This document shows, one piece after another, positions 26,094-28,726 of a DNA stretch of 28,726 nucleotides; the first letter of the stretch is position 1; each line of letters opens with the position of its first letter. Where the stretch lies: IMG/VR virus record IMGVR_UViG_3300005077_000936, positions 1-28,726 of that record; one strand, 5' to 3'. The DNA comes from a virus. The notes below the pieces were generated by a model. The model was not told the DNA's origin and ran no database searches. It saw nothing but the letters and a program-made list of their open reading frames with translations. The translations under genes and the position numbers were made by a program.

Positions 26094-26606
26094 ATGAAAG
26101 AAAATACCAATGCATCAAGCAGGTTATACTACCACACCAAACAGGAATTCAGGTCTTATTTTGCTTCTTTACAGTACAAGCCTGCATATCCTGCACTTGT
26201 TGATACTGCAACAGGAAAGAAAAGACAGACTTTTACCACCAGTCCTACTGATCCTATTGTGGATGTATCAGAGATTACCAAAATTAGGCCAGTTCCAAGA
26301 ATCACTTTTTGTGGCTTGATAATACCTCAGCCCCATGATAATGCTGAAATCCATATTGGAGTAGCAATGCAGGGACATAAGGATAATTTTTCCAAAAAGA
26401 TAGGAAGAAGTATTAGCTCCAAAAGAGCATCATCTTGTCCTCTTGTAATTGTTAATTGCAAAATTGATGAGATCATTCCTGTCTTTCATGAAGCTGTAAA
26501 GCACATGATTCCTGAAATCCTTGATTTAAGGATAACACGCAAACAAAAAGCAGAAAGGCTTTATCTTTCAATGAATGACATTCTTGAAGAAAAATCTGCT
26601 GACTGA
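26094..26606 (+). CDS. Hypothetical protein with Gp49/gp66-like G.A...D.F.KKIGR.I...RA motif
   Basis: 170 aa; IGVAMQGHKDNFSKKIGRSISSKRA. Confidence 0.7.
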   Translation: MKENTNASSRLYYHTKQEFRSYFASLQYKPAYPALVDTATGKKRQTFTTSPTDPIVDVSEITKIRPVPRITFCGLIIPQPHDNAEIHIGVAMQGHKDNFSKKIGRSISSKRASSCPLVIVNCKIDEIIPVFHEAVKHMIPEILDLRITRKQKAERLYLSMNDILEEKSAD

Positions 26607-27070
26607 TGATCCATATTAAATCCGCAGATGCTATTCATCAGTATGATGAACAAGGCAGAGCCATTACTACATGGGATGATAAAAAATGTGCATGGATTGT
26701 TAATCCAGAATTTGAGAATCAGGAGATAGATTGGTGGGGAAATGACAACGATTTTCCTGCTGGTAAAACTCTTAAAGATTTTATTTCTTCTAACCCTACT
26801 TGGGACAAAAAACCTGATATTACTGTTAAATGGACTTGGAAAACAAAGCATGATATGATAGCTTGTCTTGGAGCTCCCACTTCTATACCTGAAAGAGAAT
26901 GGTATGATAAGACCATATTTCCTTTTTCTGATTCAAGAAGTTGGGGACATTTAGAATACAATAAGGAAGAAGCTATCATGTACTTAGGTAAATACTGTGG
27001 CTTTAACAAAAATTCCACAACAGTAGTAACATACAATAACGAAGTAATTTTTGAAGGAATCTTAGAATAA
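26606..27070 (+). CDS. Hypothetical Trp-rich protein
   Basis: 154-aa ORF, TGATG coupling. Confidence 0.75.
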   Translation: MIHIKSADAIHQYDEQGRAITTWDDKKCAWIVNPEFENQEIDWWGNDNDFPAGKTLKDFISSNPTWDKKPDITVKWTWKTKHDMIACLGAPTSIPEREWYDKTIFPFSDSRSWGHLEYNKEEAIMYLGKYCGFNKNSTTVVTYNNEVIFEGILE

Positions 27071-27076
27071 TAAAAT

Positions 27077-27183
27077 GGGGGAGCTGATAATAATAGTGTC
27101 ATCTGAACACTTACAAGCCAATTAAAGGTTAATCAATTAGAACTGAGATCTAATCAAAGTTGGTTCAAATCCAACCTCCCCCA
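27077..27183 (+). ncRNA. tRNA-like RNA with ~30-35 nt insertion
   Basis: Perfect acceptor GGGGGAG/CTCCCCC+A and T arm GTTGG-TTCAAAT-CCAAC; 107 nt; non-canonical D and anticodon regions. Confidence 0.65.
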
Positions 27184-27227
27184 CTTTTTTTAATTCACAT
27201 TTTTATTCATTTAACACCCTAAAAAAC

Positions 27228-27368
27228 ATGGGACATCCAGAAGGACAAAGCCTTGAGGAAGTAAAAAACCTTGAAGCTGAAGGCAACGCAGAAGCTGCAC
27301 AGGTAACAGAAGCAAAAAATGCTGAAGAACCTCAGGCAGATAATACTGCTGAAGAGCCAAAAGAGTAA
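27228..27368 (+). CDS. Small highly acidic protein (46 aa)
   Basis: Below the track cut-off: MGHPEGQSLEEVKNLEAEGNAEAAQVTEAKNAEEPQADNTAEEPKE; A-rich leader. Confidence 0.7.
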   Translation: MGHPEGQSLEEVKNLEAEGNAEAAQVTEAKNAEEPQADNTAEEPKE

Positions 27369-27385
27369 CCCCGATTACCCAAACT

Positions 27386-27455
27386 AAGCTACTTACAATA
27401 TCTTTTTATGGCTGATAACCATATCATGCTGCCATCATGTAAGATTAAGTAGCTT
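27386..27455 (+). other. Long irregular hairpin immediately 5' of tRNA-Glu
   Basis: Nested AAGCTACTTA/TAAGTAGCTT, ATCTT/AAGAT, ATGGC/GCCAT and TGATA/TATCA stems. Confidence 0.6.
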
Positions 27456-27460
27456 TCTTT

Positions 27461-27532
27461 GCCCCTTTCATCTAACGGTTAGGATACAAGATTTTCAGTC
27501 TTGTCATATGAGTTCGATTCTCATAGGGGGTA
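27461..27532 (+). tRNA. tRNA-Glu(TTC)
   Basis: Acceptor GCCCCTT/AGGGGGT, anticodon arm CAAGA-TT[TTC]AG-TCTTG, T arm ATGAG-TTCGATT-CTCAT; CCA not encoded (CAA). Confidence 0.9.
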
Positions 27533-27541
27533 CAAAGTAAA

Positions 27542-28060
27542 TTAACATCAGAGGCCGAGAGTTGAAGAGTTACTGTTGCAGGTTTATTTTCAATTCAATA
27601 ATGTGTGTCAAGAAGGCTATGGCCTGCACACCTGATGTTAAAAGAATCTCTAAGGTGTAGAATGGAGGATGCATCTGTACATGAATGCTGTTAGAAGTTG
27701 CTGGCAAAGCCGATAAATAATTCCTCAGTTTTGCAACTCTATTATGGTCATGGGAGATTCTGATCTTAGGTTAATGATGATTCCTTTGTAAGTATGGTCA
27801 CATAACAGTGAGGCTGATGTTCCAGAAAGCATAAAAATGATGGCAGTAATGTCATATGTACTGAACCCTTGAGAAAGGTTAACGAATTGGATAATGTTCC
27901 AACAGTGCAAGTCAGTTCTCGGCAAGATGATCATGTAAATCAATATCGCCATTGTAGAAATACATATAAGTGAATATCGGTGTTGATCATTGTGACCCTA
28001 CTCTTATGGTAGCTACCTCTATGGGGTAGCTGAACAATAAGAAAGAGGGTGCTAACTAAA
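27542..28060 (+). ncRNA. Candidate large ornate non-coding RNA
   Basis: No credible ORF. Nested long-range stems TTAACATCAG/CTGATGTTAA, AGAATCTC/GAGATTCT, GGTCACA/TGTGACC, GAGGCTGA/TCAGTTCTC, ATCAATATCG/CGGTGTTGAT, plus GNRA-capped hairpins. Confidence 0.65.
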
Positions 28061-28072
28061 CTGTTGTATTTT

Positions 28073-28125
28073 AAGCTCTGAAGAAAGCTCTCTTGATCCA
28101 GAGTGAGTACTCAGAGCTTGTTTTT
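28073..28125 (+). terminator. Hairpin/terminator-like element closing the ncRNA cluster
   Basis: AAGCTCTGA/TCAGAGCTT stem with inner GCTCT/AGAGT, followed by GTTTTT. Confidence 0.5.
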
Positions 28126-28145
28126 AACCTTAAAAAACAGACACC

Positions 28146-28493
28146 ATGAAATTAACACTATCTACTGTCCTTCCTTTTGGAAAGTATAAAGGGAAGTTAA
28201 TCAATGATCTCATTCCAGAACCAAGTACTACACTTGAAGCCAGAGAATTAAGGCAAATAGTAAGATATTTTGGTTGGATAAAAAAGGAAACTTCTTATGA
28301 GCTTTCCGAAGAAGTAGTTGATAGAATTAAAACTATCTTGAAAATGTCTGCTAAGATATCTTCTGATATTCCAAGCTATTCGAAAAGCTATTTAGGAAGA
28401 TATTCTAAAAAAGGAAGATTAGAGCATTGGAATGATATGGGGGCAATGAATGACATATCTTTTCAAGATTGTTATGGAGACTTTGGATACTAA
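28146..28493 (+). CDS. Protein with N-terminal LPFGKYKG (DUF3820/ExoX C-terminal-like) motif
   Basis: 115 aa; LPFGKYKGKLINDL...YFGW; AAAACAGACACC leader. Confidence 0.75.
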   Translation: MKLTLSTVLPFGKYKGKLINDLIPEPSTTLEARELRQIVRYFGWIKKETSYELSEEVVDRIKTILKMSAKISSDIPSYSKSYLGRYSKKGRLEHWNDMGAMNDISFQDCYGDFGY

Positions 28494-28522
28494 CAACTAA
28501 CCCTAAAAAAAAAACAGACATC

Positions 28523-28726
28523 ATGAAAACATTAGAAATCATTCTTGCAATAGTCACACTTGTGGGAGCAATAACTCTTATTGCTGTTGGTATAAGAGGT
28601 TGTAAAGCAGGTTTAGATGAACTTAATTCTCTTGACCAAGATATGAAAAATGCTATTGGAGATACTATTATTCTCCAGCAGGACACTCTCATTATCATTG
28701 ATTATTCATTATTCAATGAAAATTTC
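28523..28726 (+). CDS. Membrane-anchored protein or lipoprotein (3'-truncated by window)
   Basis: Hand translation MKTLEIILAIVTLVGAITLIAVGIRGCKAGLDE..., open to the window end; AAAACAGACATC leader. Confidence 0.7.
   Translation, partial: MKTLEIILAIVTLVGAITLIAVGIRGCKAGLDELNSLDQDMKNAIGDTIILQQDTLIIIDYSLFNENF

Noticed and set aside
27077-27183. tmRNA
   Set aside because: Only 107 nt, no G3.U70 pair and no tag reading frame.
28073-28119. Hammerhead ribozyme (CTGAAGA core)
   Set aside because: No stem II followed by GAAA in the required order; the 21392-21447 element also lacks the core.
1-28726. Stop-codon reassignment in this window
   Set aside because: Large conserved genes are intact under code 11 and all three stops end genes. 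The apparent gap at 1-1598 is an ORF running off the edge.

Overview
A fragment of a tailed dsDNA phage genome, most consistent with a crAss-like (Crassvirales) phage of a Bacteroidota host. It has two divergent halves. 1-20305 (minus strand) is a morphogenesis block: wHTH and HU/IHF-like genes, Cys-rich, DUF1573-like and secreted proteins, an M15-type peptidase, a permuted NlpC/P60 amidase, putative TerS, TerL, portal, acidic scaffold-like protein, major capsid protein, ring and auxiliary capsid genes. It ends in a fibre/spike cluster: a GTA Rcc01079-like spike base, a circularly permuted FISUMP domain and a 4x cadherin + beta-helix protein. Four of these genes are preceded by Bacteroidota TAnnTTTG -7 boxes. 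20585-28726 (plus strand) is an early-type region of small unknown ORFs that is unusually rich in structured non-coding sequence. It holds a UCA-anticodon (opal) tRNA clamped by an 18-bp inverted repeat although TGA is used as a stop, a tRNA-like RNA with an insertion, tRNA-Glu(TTC) followed by a ~520-nt ornate ncRNA candidate, three 32-nt direct repeats, several cloverleaf/long-hairpin elements and a recurrent AAAACAGACACC leader before start codons. All family assignments are from motif recognition by eye, not from database searches.
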